Counted from the stretch's first letter, positions 11,109-21,530 are shown. The stretch is 64,000 bases of DNA from Candidatus Freyarchaeum deiterrae (GCA_037305845.1 CP147778.1:224001-288000), one strand, 5' to 3'. Made by a program: numbers and translations. The notes: generated by a model from the sequence alone, not told the origin.

Positions 11109-11364
11109 ATAAATCACCACATTAACAAAATATATATGCTGAAATCCATTCAGAACCAAACTATTATTTTTTTCCCAAAAAAATCGACTCCAAAAACACT
11201 CGAAAAACTGACAGATAAAAAAAATAGAGAGAGATATGCCCAACTGGCGCAATCATCGCTTTTACGGGGTGTTGGTCTGAGCTGGTGTGGAAAAACTAGC
11301 CGAATAAAGTTTGGAAAAATTTAGATTATTTAAAAATGCTCGTGCTTAAGTGGTTCGTGAACAG

Positions 11365-11619
11365 TTATTCGTCCTCGGAATCCTCTCCTACTCCTTCTTC
11401 CTCTTCCTCTTCTTCTTCCTGTTTTTCCTCTTCCTGTTCCTGTTTTTCCTCTTCCTGTTCCCGTATTTCCTTTTCTTCTTCCTGTTTTTCCTCTTCCTCT
11501 ATTTCGTCTTTTTTTCCGAATTTTTCTTCATTTTGGATTACTTCTTCCTCTTCCTGTACGAGTTTCTTGTCTCTTTCTTTCTCTTTTTCGAAACCTTTCA
11601 CTTTAGCTTTTTTAGGCAT
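11365..11619 (-). CDS. Small Glu-rich intrinsically disordered protein
   Basis: AGGAGG RBS upstream of ATG; basic N-terminus (MPKKAKVK), then about half of residues are Glu/Asp. Confidence 0.65.
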   Translation of the reverse strand: MPKKAKVKGFEKEKERDKKLVQEEEEVIQNEEKFGKKDEIEEEEKQEEEKEIREQEEEKQEQEEEKQEEEEEEEEGVGEDSEDE

Positions 11620-11742
11620 TCCGCGAACCTCCTTAAAGCGCTAATACCCAAAAAATAGGGATGCTTTTAATTTTTTCTCTTCATCAACTACGCTTTCATA
11701 GTAGTTGCTCTCACTATTTTTTTCTAACTATTTTCAGCTATT

Positions 11743-13158
11743 TTAAATCGGCGGCTTCTTATCCCGCCAGGGGAAGGCCTTCTCGAATGCTCTTGAAGCT
11801 TGAAGCACGCCTAGTTCGTTGAAACGGTCGCCCACAATCTGGAGACCCACGGGGAGCTTATCTTTGGTGAAGCCGCAGGGAACCGAAGCCGCTGGTACTC
11901 GGGTGAAGTTAAATGGAAGACTGAACGCTACCCAGCCTGTTGGCCCCACAGTTTTTCCATCGATCTCGTTGGGACCAATTCCTACGTCTATTTTGAATGG
12001 TGGGACTGCGTTTGTCGGAGTTAGGAGAAAATGGTAATTCTCAAAAACTCTTCTAAGCTGATTCCACAATTCTTTGCGCCGGTACTCGATCTTAACGTAG
12101 TCCGTGGCCTTGATATGATCCGCCAGCCAGAGAAAGTCTAGGTACGGCTTGTAAGCCACTTTCTTCCATTCTTCCATCCGATCTCCAACTGTTGCAACAA
12201 TATCCGCGACCTCCATGCTGACAAAATCCGCGCCCATGTCAAGTAGATTCAGCTTAACTTCTTCCACCACGCAGCCCATACTATGAAAGGAAAAAGCTGC
12301 ACGTCTCACGATCTCCGCAACCTCTGGGTCAACTGCTGCAAAACCCAGATCGGGACTGAAAGCAAACTTCTTTCCCTTTACGCCCTTCTCCAAGTTTTTA
12401 AGGTAACTCTCCTCCGAAGCTGGTAGTGAGAGATAATCCCTGCTGTCCGGTCCCGCCATAACGTCCATCATTGCGGCGGCGTCCGCAACTGTCCGGGTGA
12501 TGGGCCCTTCAACGGCTAATGTTTCAAAGCCTGGCAGCTGAGGCCAACGCGGAATACGCCCCAGATGTGTTTTCAGGCCGTAGACGCCACAGAAATTAGT
12601 GGGAGTCCTTAGGGAACCTCCCCAATCGTTACCGGTTGCTATGGGACACATGCCCGCAGCCACCGCAGCCGCGGAACCCCCACTTGAGCCTCCGGGGGTT
12701 CTAGTTGTGTCCCAGGGATTTCGGGTGACTCCGAAAACGGGATTGTCCGTGATGGCGACCAAGCCGAACTCCGGTGTATTAGTCTTGCCCAATATTATGG
12801 CACCGGCGTTCCGCAGCCGCTCTACAAGAACCGCATCCTCGTCGGCAATATAGTTCTCGTATAGCTTCGAGCCCCAGGTGGTTCTAACTTTTTTGACTAG
12901 AGTGTTATCCTTTATGACGACAGGTACACCGTGCAGAGGCTCCAACTTCTTGCGGTCCTTAACAGCTTTCTCGGCGGCAACAGCCTCTTTTTTGGCAGTC
13001 TTCTCGGTTAGTGTTACGATAGCGTTAAGTTTAGGATTCACTTTTTTAATTCTTTCAAGGAAAGCGTCGACAACCTCTACCGGCGATAATTTACCGTCTT
13101 TTATTGCTTTGGAAAGCTCTAGAGCACTCATCCAGAAAATTTCTTCTTCTTGAGCCAT
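11743..13158 (-). CDS. Amidase-signature (GatA-like) amidase 1
   Basis: Motifs LHGVPVVIKD, GKTNTPEF, GGSSGGSAAAVA, DWGGSLR. Confidence 0.93.
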   Translation of the reverse strand: MAQEEEIFWMSALELSKAIKDGKLSPVEVVDAFLERIKKVNPKLNAIVTLTEKTAKKEAVAAEKAVKDRKKLEPLHGVPVVIKDNTLVKKVRTTWGSKLYENYIADEDAVLVERLRNAGAIILGKTNTPEFGLVAITDNPVFGVTRNPWDTTRTPGGSSGGSAAAVAAGMCPIATGNDWGGSLRTPTNFCGVYGLKTHLGRIPRWPQLPGFETLAVEGPITRTVADAAAMMDVMAGPDSRDYLSLPASEESYLKNLEKGVKGKKFAFSPDLGFAAVDPEVAEIVRRAAFSFHSMGCVVEEVKLNLLDMGADFVSMEVADIVATVGDRMEEWKKVAYKPYLDFLWLADHIKATDYVKIEYRRKELWNQLRRVFENYHFLLTPTNAVPPFKIDVGIGPNEIDGKTVGPTGWVAFSLPFNFTRVPAASVPCGFTKDKLPVGLQIVGDRFNELGVLQASRAFEKAFPWRDKKPPI

Positions 13159-13711
13159 GAAAAACCACCATTTTTAAAGGATATTTAGGGAAGTATAACT
13201 ATTATAAAATTTCCGTTCTCCGGTTATGTCCACTTATTATCGATAGCCGCCTTAAAAAATAAAACTTATCCAAATGAGTTGAGCGATTTAAGTTAATTAG
13301 TAATTTTTCGATAATGTCATGCTGCTATATTTTGCCATATTGTTTTAATTGTTCTATGCGTTCTTTGATCCTATTTTTCTCACCATTATTTTTATGTTCT
13401 TCTTCATTATATAGAATATTTCTCTTATAGAAGGTGCTATTCTCCTTGAATGCCCTCTTCAAAACTTTTCCGTCTACGTCTGATGGGATAGCTAAACTGG
13501 TAAAAATAGGGGTGAGTTGAGTTTTAATGGTTTTTATATAAAGAATTCCGATTATTTTGCAGCAAACTCAGCGTGTCAACTTCCTACTTCAATAGCTTTA
13601 CGTTGTTTTGCTTCTTTTGGCTTTTTAGATTTCTTAACCATTTTACCTTTTCCCATTTTTGATTTGCCTCCTTTAATGTTGAATATACGTAAATCATATC
13701 TATTCCAACTT

Positions 13712-13850
13712 CTACCGGCGATAATTTACTGTCTTTTATTGCTTTGGAAGGCTCTAGAGCGCTCATCCAGAAAATTTCTTCCTCTTGAGAGCCATTAAAA
13801 TCCTCCATTAAAGCATATTTAGAGAAGAGTAAATGATATAAAACTTATCC
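13712..13850 (-). pseudogene. 5' remnant of a third amidase copy
   Basis: Near-identical to 13077-13158 (QEEEIFWMSALE.SKAIKD.KLSPVEV), with a 2-nt GA insertion after the start codon; homology stops after about 28 codons. Confidence 0.85.
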
Positions 13851-13931
13851 CTCAAAAAATTGTTCCATAATCTTCTTGTTTCTTAAACGCTTTCCACATG
13901 TTTAGATTCCTTTTTCTGGGGATGTTTGAGA

Positions 13932-14369
13932 TTAAAGTATTTGTTCGATTATCTCGGCTGCATCTTTGACAAAATTTGGACATATGGTCCTAAACAGTTT
14001 TTTCTCCTTTGCCAACTTCATTCCCTCGGGGGTGCTTACATCGCAGCCGAGAAGCTCTCTGCAGACGATTGATCCATTCCGAGACTTGAATTTGTTGACA
14101 AATTCTTTAACCATGCGGTAAGCCTTCTCTTTTGACTCCACATCCTCAACTCTTGTCTGCCCATACTTGAGCCCGATGACCATAAACGCCCCAGTCACCG
14201 CTCCGCAAGTTTCTCCCATGCGGCTCATTCCGCTGCCAAAGGCTCCGGAAATCTTTAAGGCGATTTCACGATCCAGACCAAAAAATTGTGTGCCGTATGT
14301 TGAAAGTATTGCCTGAGAACAGCTGAAGCCTTCTTTGAAAACAGAGACCGCACGCTCAACATTATTCAA
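13932..14369 (-). CDS. C_GCAxxG_C_C family putative redox-active protein
   Basis: Cysteine pattern SCSQA...GETCGAVTG...VCRELLG...ICP. Confidence 0.9.
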   Translation of the reverse strand: MNNVERAVSVFKEGFSCSQAILSTYGTQFFGLDREIALKISGAFGSGMSRMGETCGAVTGAFMVIGLKYGQTRVEDVESKEKAYRMVKEFVNKFKSRNGSIVCRELLGCDVSTPEGMKLAKEKKLFRTICPNFVKDAAEIIEQIL

Positions 14370-14521
14370 TTTTTAATCCTCCAATTTTTAGGGGTAAGGA
14401 AAAATTTTTCTCTCCGCTTCCGCCACAAAAATGTATTTATGAACAACAGAGTTTCTTATATAGAAATAAATGTTATGACCCACTGATTAAGAAAAGTAGA
14501 AAGACATGAGGTAATCGTCAA

Positions 14522-15331
14522 ATGACCAGGAAAATAGATAGGATAAGGATTTATCAGGTAGATTCTTTTACAAACCGAGCCTATTCGGGAAATCCGGCAG
14601 CAGTCTGTATATTATCCGAATTGAAGGATGAAAGTTGGTTGCAGGTTGTTGCAAGAGAATTGAATCCATTGTCAGAAACGGCTTTTCTCCATAAGAAAAA
14701 GGATGGGTATGATCTGCGCTGGTTTACTCCGAAAGAAGAAGTTGACCTATGTGGCCACGCAACACTCGCCAGTGCTCACATTTTGTGGGAGACTAATCAA
14801 CTAAGGGAAGATGAGGAAGCACGCTTTCATACACTAAGCGGACTCCTAACAGCTAAAAAACAAGACGAATGGATAGAGCTTAATTTTCCAGCAGAAGTTG
14901 AAAAAGAAGCAGACCCACCGAAAGAACTACTTGAATCACTGGGCATAGAAGCGAAATACGTTGGAAAAAATAGATTCGATTACTTAATAGAGGTTGAATC
15001 AGAGGAAACCGTAAGAAACATTACACCCAACTTCGAACTGTTAAAAAAAGTAAACACAAGAGGAGTAATGGTTACAAGCACCTCTGCCTCAAAAGAGTAT
15101 GATTTTGTCTCCAGATTTTTCGCTCCAAGAATAGGAATAAACGAAGACCCGGTCACAGGCTCCGCGCACTGTTGCCTAGGACCCTACTGGAAAAAGAAAT
15201 TAAAAAGAGACGAATTTTTAGCTTACCAAGCCTCGGAACGCGGCGGAATCATAAAAGTCAGAGTAGGAAAAGAACGCGTTTACCTAGGAGGCCAAGCGGT
15301 AACAGTACTAATCGGAGAACTAGTAGCATAG
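14522..15331 (+). CDS. PhzF-family epimerase/isomerase
   Basis: Motifs VDSFT...GNPAAV, SETAF, EVDLCGHATLA, EDPVTGSAH. Confidence 0.95.
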   Translation: MTRKIDRIRIYQVDSFTNRAYSGNPAAVCILSELKDESWLQVVARELNPLSETAFLHKKKDGYDLRWFTPKEEVDLCGHATLASAHILWETNQLREDEEARFHTLSGLLTAKKQDEWIELNFPAEVEKEADPPKELLESLGIEAKYVGKNRFDYLIEVESEETVRNITPNFELLKKVNTRGVMVTSTSASKEYDFVSRFFAPRIGINEDPVTGSAHCCLGPYWKKKLKRDEFLAYQASERGGIIKVRVGKERVYLGGQAVTVLIGELVA

Positions 15332-15400
15332 AAAAAAATGCTTAAAGGTCGTCCTACATACTTCGCCTTTTTTTAGCTTCAACTGCATCATCAAGGAGGT

Positions 15401-16810
15401 TCAAATCGGCGGCTTGTTATCTCGCCAGGGGAAGGCCTTCTCGAATGCTCTGGAAGCTTGAAGCACGCCCAGTTCATTGAAACGGTCGCCCACAATCTGG
15501 AGACCTACGGGGAGCTTATCTTTGGTGAAGCCGCAGGGAACCGCTGCTGCTGGTTGATGAGTGAAGTTAAAAGGAGCAGTGAGCGTCCAGCCCTTATCGC
15601 CTAGGGGCTGCCCATCAATCTCCGAAGGACCCAAACCCAAACTTGAATCGAATGCTGGAATCCCCGTTATTGGAGTTATTAGAAAATCATACTTCTCAAA
15701 CACTTGCCTAACCTGTTCCCACAACCCTTTACGGTGATACTGAATTTTAACATAGTCCGTAGCTTTAAGGTTGTCCGCCACCGACAGAAAGTCCAAGTAA
15801 TTTGGAAAAGCTACCTTTTTCCACTCCTCTATACGGTTCCCGAAAGCTGCAACTGTTTCGGAAGCCAACTGGGCAACAAAATCGGGTGCCATGTTTATGA
15901 GGTCAAGCTTCACCTCTTTCACATCACAACCCAGATCCTCAAAAGAGAAAGCAGCCTTTTCAATAATATTGCCGACCTCCTTCTCAATCACCGCGTATCC
16001 CAAATCTGGGCTGAAAGCGAATTTCTTCTTTTTGAAATCGTCCAAGTTTTTGAGATAGCTTACCCCTGACGCAGGCAGACTGAGGTAATCTCTATGGGAC
16101 GGGCCGGATATCACGTCCATCACTAGAGCTGTGTCCGCGACCGTTCTTGTAATGGGTCCCTCAACTAGCATGGATTCCCAGCCAGGCAGAGTCGGGTAAA
16201 TGGGAACGCGTCCCAAATGCGGTTTCAAGCCGAAAACGCCGCAAAAATTGCAGGGAATCCTGATAGAACCCGCACCATCGCTACCTATAGCAATGGGGGA
16301 CATGCCTGCAGCCACTGCCACCGCGGAGCCTCCGCTGGAACCTCCGGGGGTCTTACGCGTATCCCAGGGATTCCTAGTCGGTCCGAAGAGAGGATTATCC
16401 GTAATAGCAACCAGACCGAACTCCGGCATATTGGTCTTGCCCAAAATAATTGCACCCGCCTTCACCAGCCGTTCAACGACAACCGAGTCCACATTAGAAA
16501 CATTGTACTGGTACAGTTTGGAACCATAGGTTGTACGGGAACCATTGACTGGTATGTTATCCTTAATAGCGACTGGAACACCGTGAAGCGGTCCCAGTTT
16601 CTTATGGCTCTTCACCGCCTTCTCTGCAAACTCAGCCTCCTTCTTAGCCCTCTCCTCTGTCAATGTTATAAAGGCGTTAAGTTCAAGATTCACCCTATGG
16701 ATCCTATTTAAAAAAGCCTGCACAACATCGACCGGAGATAGCTTGCCCTCTTTTATAGCCTTGGCAAGCTCCACTGCACCCATCCAGATAATATCCTGAG
16801 TCTGAGCCAT
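15401..16810 (-). CDS. Amidase-signature (GatA-like) amidase 2
   Basis: Motifs GPLHGVPVAIKD, GGSSGGSAVAVA, GSDGAGSIRIP; paralog of 11743-13158. Confidence 0.93.
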   Translation of the reverse strand: MAQTQDIIWMGAVELAKAIKEGKLSPVDVVQAFLNRIHRVNLELNAFITLTEERAKKEAEFAEKAVKSHKKLGPLHGVPVAIKDNIPVNGSRTTYGSKLYQYNVSNVDSVVVERLVKAGAIILGKTNMPEFGLVAITDNPLFGPTRNPWDTRKTPGGSSGGSAVAVAAGMSPIAIGSDGAGSIRIPCNFCGVFGLKPHLGRVPIYPTLPGWESMLVEGPITRTVADTALVMDVISGPSHRDYLSLPASGVSYLKNLDDFKKKKFAFSPDLGYAVIEKEVGNIIEKAAFSFEDLGCDVKEVKLDLINMAPDFVAQLASETVAAFGNRIEEWKKVAFPNYLDFLSVADNLKATDYVKIQYHRKGLWEQVRQVFEKYDFLITPITGIPAFDSSLGLGPSEIDGQPLGDKGWTLTAPFNFTHQPAAAVPCGFTKDKLPVGLQIVGDRFNELGVLQASRAFEKAFPWRDNKPPI

Positions 16811-17169
16811 TAAAATCCACCATCATTTAAGCCTACTAAGAGAAGCGCAAATAATATAAAACTTATTCTATGTTCCTCCACTGGTCTCAAAAATGTGATA
16901 CTTCTTAAGCAATTATAAGAAAATTATTGAGAGACTGAATAAGAGCAGATTCCCACATTAGGAAGTTGAGTTATCGCATAATAATACTTAAGGGAGACCG
17001 GCGTAGGCTACTTCGGTAGTGTATCTTTTCCCCCAATCTGGGTAAATCAGCCACCACTTAGAAGAAGCCTCTCCACCCACAAAAAATGTATGACAGACTT
17101 TATATTTGTCAACTACTTTAAATATAACTGCCTCTCACATGAGAACAATCTTTTTTGGAGGTTATTGGG

Positions 17170-17703
17170 ATGCCAGAGAGAGGAGAGTATCCAAAGCAAT
17201 TTGAAACGGTGTTGAAACTCAGGGATGGAACAGAAGTTTTTGTAAGGCCCCTAAAAATTGAAGACAGGGACAAACTTTACCAATTGTATGTTTCTCTCTC
17301 AAAGCAAACAAACTATGAACGCTTCTTCTCAAGAACACACATCACCATGGAGATGGTGGAAAAATGGAGCGATGTAAACTACATAGACAGCATGGCCCTC
17401 ATAGCAATAGCAAACGAAGATGGAGACGAGAAAATAGTTGCGGACAGCCGATTTTACCTCGACAAGAATACGGGGGAAGCCGAGGGCGCAATAGTCATAC
17501 TCGACACCTGGCAGGAGAGAGGAGTCGGAACGAAACTCATAGAATACGGCTTAGAAGTAGCGAAAAAAATGGGAGTCAAAAAACTCCGAGCAGACATCGC
17601 CCCAGACAACAGGAGAATAATACACGTAATGAAGAAACTAGGCTTTCAAGTAAAGTGGATACCAGACATCGGCGGTTACGAAATCAACTTAACTCTAGAA
17701 TAG
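17170..17703 (+). CDS. GNAT N-acetyltransferase (stand-alone, resembles protein-acetyltransferase GNAT domains)
   Basis: Motifs LRDGTEVFVRPL, YERFF, DTWQERGVGTKL, DNRRIIHVMKKLGF. Confidence 0.85.
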   Translation: MPERGEYPKQFETVLKLRDGTEVFVRPLKIEDRDKLYQLYVSLSKQTNYERFFSRTHITMEMVEKWSDVNYIDSMALIAIANEDGDEKIVADSRFYLDKNTGEAEGAIVILDTWQERGVGTKLIEYGLEVAKKMGVKKLRADIAPDNRRIIHVMKKLGFQVKWIPDIGGYEINLTLE

Positions 17704-17850
17704 GAAAACCAAAGAAAAAGCCACACCCAAAAAAGTTAGCACAATTTTGCTGCCCCTAAGTTTTTGATTCTTCCAGTTCACCCTTACAAGCCCCAGTAAA
17801 CGTAAAACTTAAATGTCTACGTATAAAGGGATGTTTCGGAGGTAAATGAA

Positions 17851-17997
17851 TTGGTGGAGAAACTTCTTGCTAAATGCCCAAGGTGTGGTGCGGAAATTGA
17901 GGTTAAGAGATCAATGAGATGGCGGCTGTCGGTAGAGGGAAATTGCAGCGCCTGCGGAATACACTTCACAACTCCGACATTTTGGGAAAAAAAATAA
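17851..17997 (+). CDS. 48-aa CPxCG zinc-ribbon microprotein (absent from ORF track)
   Basis: Manual translation MVEKLLAKCPRCGAEIEVKRSMRWRLSVEGNCSACGIHFTTPTFWEKK*; GGAGGT RBS upstream of TTG; two CxxCG motifs. Confidence 0.8.
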   Translation: MVEKLLAKCPRCGAEIEVKRSMRWRLSVEGNCSACGIHFTTPTFWEKK

Positions 17998-18316
17998 AGT
18001 GATTGTGGAATGGAAAATTCCTTATTCCTTCCTGTCTCCTTTACCAACAATCCATCTATCATCTGAAAAGTAATCACTCTGCAATCATAACTCCAAATGT
18101 TCAAATGAAAAAAGGAATTCCTCGTTCTCAAAATTTTTTATGGGAAGCAGTGGAAGCACCAGAAATGATACTTACAGAGGTTCTTATATTTTAAAAAGAC
18201 ACAAGACCATAATTGGATGCGAAAAAAACCCATCATCATTTGTAGTAGAAGAACCCTTTAACCAAACAAAATTCACGCTATTAAGGAGGAAGAATAAGAA
18301 TAGAGAGGGTTTCACC

Positions 18317-18679
18317 ATGCTAACAATACCAGTATCATTAGAGATTAAGACCCAGCAGAGAAAACAAGTAGCGACCACGATAACCATGGATTTGTATAAC
18401 ATGATTACTTCCAAAATTGGAATCTATGGATCATTAGCAGCCTATATAAGATACTTAATTTTGAGGGATAACGACCAGAACTATAATGCAAACCTCAGCA
18501 TGGTGACCACTTATCGGCAAACAACACTAGAAATAACCCAAACCAAATTCATGAACCCGCCCAGAAACACAAGCGATGACAAAAACGCCAATAATTGCAA
18601 CCCTAATTTTGCAGGATACGGCGACTTACACCAACAATTAATACTAGAACTAAAAAGCAAAATCAGAAAAATAGACTAA
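18317..18679 (+). CDS. Putative RHH DNA-binding protein
   Basis: RKQVATTITMDLYNMI...SLAAYIRYLILRD fits the RHH pattern; GAGAGGG RBS before ATG 18317. Confidence 0.5.
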   Translation: MLTIPVSLEIKTQQRKQVATTITMDLYNMITSKIGIYGSLAAYIRYLILRDNDQNYNANLSMVTTYRQTTLEITQTKFMNPPRNTSDDKNANNCNPNFAGYGDLHQQLILELKSKIRKID

Positions 18680-18968
18680 CTAACTACTAAAGCAATATAA
18701 ACAACTACAAGAAGAAAAAAAATCATTACTCTACTAAGATGAAAAGAAAAGAAAAAAGTTCCCCCCCCTTTTTCCAGATTCAATTAAAGGTTTCTCTAAA
18801 GGAGAATATAGGCCGTCTTTTCGAGACTTTTGTAAACCAAAGCAAGTATTTGAATACAACCTACCTGCAGAGAGATTCAGTCCTGTAGCGTACCCGTATC
18901 CATCGGTTTATTTCCAGTGGATGGGTAAAAAGTAAGTGTTCCTTTTTAGCTCAGTTTGTAGTAACACT

Positions 18969-19550
18969 TTACTGCACAGGAGCAGTTTTTAGTTTATGAG
19001 CATTATTATTACTCTCTAGTTCTGGGGCGCTACCCTTGCGACTTTTCGCGGTGCGCTTTGATTTACTTTTCATTAGGCTTTCTAGGTATTTTGTTTCCTC
19101 TTCGTCGAGGTAGCGGTATGTTCCTTGACCCCAGTTTACACCAAATATGTCTTTGGCTTTAATGCCTTTTATCCAGTTTTCTTCGGGCATGGGTTTGAAT
19201 TCTTTGAAGTACAACCAGTAATCGTTCCTTCCAGTCTCGACGTGGTCGACTTCCGATGTTGCCCATAGGACAAGCGTGTTGTCTGTGTCGGGAAAAACGA
19301 AAAACACTTTCCCGTTTGCTTTTTCAAAGGGTTTATCGCTTACCCAGCGATACTCGGTGCAGAGTGTTGACTCGTAGCACCAGAGACAGGCGCATGTTCC
19401 ATTCTTGTCTGTTTTGAATACGCCAGTATCAGGGAATCTCACATCAACTATCTGTTTACTGCACTTGAAGAGACGGGGATCCTTATCAGCATTCGTACAT
19501 TTACCCATCCATTTCTGGTTATTAAACGCTACACGAATTACAATATCCAT
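18969..19550 (-). CDS. Cys-containing hypothetical protein, possibly PUA/EVE-like
   Basis: 193-aa ORF with RBS; beta-rich pattern (GKVFFVF...LVLWA...WGQGTYRYLD). The fold call is weak. Confidence 0.6.
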   Translation of the reverse strand: MDIVIRVAFNNQKWMGKCTNADKDPRLFKCSKQIVDVRFPDTGVFKTDKNGTCACLWCYESTLCTEYRWVSDKPFEKANGKVFFVFPDTDNTLVLWATSEVDHVETGRNDYWLYFKEFKPMPEENWIKGIKAKDIFGVNWGQGTYRYLDEEETKYLESLMKSKSKRTAKSRKGSAPELESNNNAHKLKTAPVQ

Positions 19551-19890
19551 TACAAATTCCCTTCATTTCTCACTTTTTTAAATTGTTTAGACACAATTCA
19601 GTTCAAAGGGATGGTACGAGGACATTGATTGTTTCACGGTCAGCGTGGAACAGAGCAGAGGGGAGGTAAAGCAAGTCCAACTTTTTACCTATTGGAGTAC
19701 ACTAATTCCTCTTTCCATTTTTCATGTTGGTCTAAATAAGAATAAGTCCAAATAGAAATATAAACATTTTCATTTTCGAAACCTAATAGAACCGACCTTT
19801 TAAGCAATTAGTTCGATACTCAAACAGGTCTCTTTTAGGTATCTTCAGAAGAGGAATTTAAGCGAAGCCTACCAAGCCGGATAATATTTG

Positions 19891-20103
19891 TTAGGCGACA
19901 CTACCTTTGAGACTTATTGAAATCGGTCTGTCCTTAAGTGTGCTCACATTTAGAATGGAGAAGCCGATAATGTTTCCTTCCATATCGACCCTTTCCATTA
20001 CTGCGTCGTTCTCTGTTTCTCTGAAGTAACCTGCTTTTATCTCAAATATGACTTCTAGATAGTCTCCCTCCTTATCATACCAAACTGTTATCTCCTTTCC
20101 CAT
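19891..20103 (-). CDS. DUF2283-family putative antitoxin
   Basis: Motifs VWYDKEGDYLEV and GNIIGFSILN; overlaps the upstream gene. Confidence 0.85.
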   Translation of the reverse strand: MGKEITVWYDKEGDYLEVIFEIKAGYFRETENDAVMERVDMEGNIIGFSILNVSTLKDRPISISLKGSVA

Positions 20104-20402
20104 AATATCTCACCTTTTTTTACCGTGTTCGTAAGGTACGCAGTTATAATAAACAAATCATCAATTAATACTTTAACTGCGACACATAAATATTTCTCGG
20201 TAACCGATGTAACCTTATAATATCTGTAAAATAGTTCAACAAGAGGGTCTGACCTTGACTTGATAACTATATCCGGATTTAATAAAGTTTCAAATATTTT
20301 GTCAATTTGCCCAGACATTTCTGTATGTTTTGCTTCAATATACTTTTGTCGTTCATCTGTCAATCGAATTAGCCTATTGTGAACATCTTTAAAACGTTTC
20401 AT
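20088..20402 (-). CDS. Putative RelE/barnase-fold toxin partner of DUF2283
   Basis: Motifs IRLTDER...KH.EM, LLNPD.V.KS, KYLCVAVK, FIITAY; 16-nt overlap with the DUF2283 gene. Confidence 0.75.
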   Translation of the reverse strand: MKRFKDVHNRLIRLTDERQKYIEAKHTEMSGQIDKIFETLLNPDIVIKSRSDPLVELFYRYYKVTSVTEKYLCVAVKVLIDDLFIITAYLTNTVKKGEILWERR

Positions 20403-20542
20403 TCATCTACACCAATGTTCCTATTATTTTTACTACATCGCCCAATCACGGATACACTAAATCCCAACTTCAATCCATCCTGTGAGACTACCACTGCACA
20501 ACTTCGTGTCATCTTCGATTCAGATGAATTAAAAAAAAGTCG

Positions 20543-20737
20543 TTAATATTTGTCGTATCTGATCTCTCTCAGCTTCTTCAAGTACTCTGTGCTCGTGGCT
20601 CCATTTGGAACAGCTTCTTTAAAGGCGCCTAGGAGCTCGTCGACAACACTCTTGCTAGTGACCTCTGTCTTGACCTTGTACCCCATGTTTTTAATGAATT
20701 CCACCAGGTCTTTCAACTCAACGGGCACAAAACTCAC
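20543..20737 (-). CDS. Small antitoxin-like protein, partner apparently decayed
   Basis: C-terminus ELLGAFKEAVPNGATSTEYLKKLRE resembles archaeal VapB tails; no intact downstream ORF. Confidence 0.45.
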   Translation of the reverse strand: MSFVPVELKDLVEFIKNMGYKVKTEVTSKSVVDELLGAFKEAVPNGATSTEYLKKLREIRYDKY

Positions 20738-21078
20738 CTAAAAATAGTATCGCTGGACTATCTTCTTAAACATTTATCCTCCTATGGTTTCAATGTAATC
20801 TTTTTACTTAAAAAATTTAAAAAATTCGACAAGGATGAAAAGCGGATTATAGTTTAAATACAGAAGATTATTATACTTCCTTTTAAAAGTAAAATTGATA
20901 ATAACCCAAATAAAATTAAAGGCGAACACAAGCAATCTTTATACATTACCTTAACTCCGCATTAGGTTTGGAGCAATTGTCAGGAATCGCATGATCGCTA
21001 TTCGCATAATTTTCTATCAACCTGAAACGCTCAGATTTGGATGTTGTTAAATTTAGAAGTTAAGTTTGAGGGAAACTA

Positions 21079-21294
21079 ATGCGTTCAATAAAAATAATCG
21101 TTGAAAAACATCCTGAGGGATATGTGGCGTATCCTCTTGGACTAAAGGGTATAGTGGTTGGAGAAGGAGACACCTATGAGGAAGCTCTTGCAGATGTAAA
21201 ATCCGCTATCCTTTTTCACATCGAAACATTTGGGGAAGAGTCTTTTGAAGTGGAGGATATAGAAGAAGCCTTTGTAACAGAAGTAGCAGTATAA
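21079..21294 (+). CDS. hicB: HicB-family antitoxin
   Basis: YVAYPLGLKGIVVGEGDTYEEALADVKSAI. Confidence 0.9.
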   Translation: MRSIKIIVEKHPEGYVAYPLGLKGIVVGEGDTYEEALADVKSAILFHIETFGEESFEVEDIEEAFVTEVAV

Positions 21295-21530
21295 TGAAAT
21301 TTCCCAGAGATGCACCAAAACGCAAAGTTATAAAGACTTTAGAAAATCTAGGGTTCCGGATTGTAAGAGAGGGGAATCATATCTCAATGGAAAGAGAAAA
21401 TCCCGATGGTACTAAAACACCATTAACTATACCAAACCCTAAAACAATAAAAGGTCCCACTTTAAGAACAATTTGCAGGCAAGCGGATATATCTAGGGAG
21501 GAGTTCCTTAGAATTTACAACAAAGCCTGA
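21294..21530 (+). CDS. hicA: HicA-family toxin
   Basis: LENLGFRIVREGNH...TLRTICRQA; TAATG overlap with hicB. Confidence 0.9.
   Translation: MKFPRDAPKRKVIKTLENLGFRIVREGNHISMERENPDGTKTPLTIPNPKTIKGPTLRTICRQADISREEFLRIYNKA

Noticed and set aside
11336-11658. Poly-Ser and poly-Phe ORFs
   Set aside because: Antisense of the Glu-rich gene, which has the RBS.
11743-16810. Amidases as gatA
   Set aside because: No gatB/gatC nearby and multiple paralogs; generic amidase is the safer call.
16990-17085. CTAC-TTCG-GTAG hairpin or 30-codon minus-strand ORF
   Set aside because: A 4-bp stem and a tiny ORF are expected by chance; no second copy or other support.
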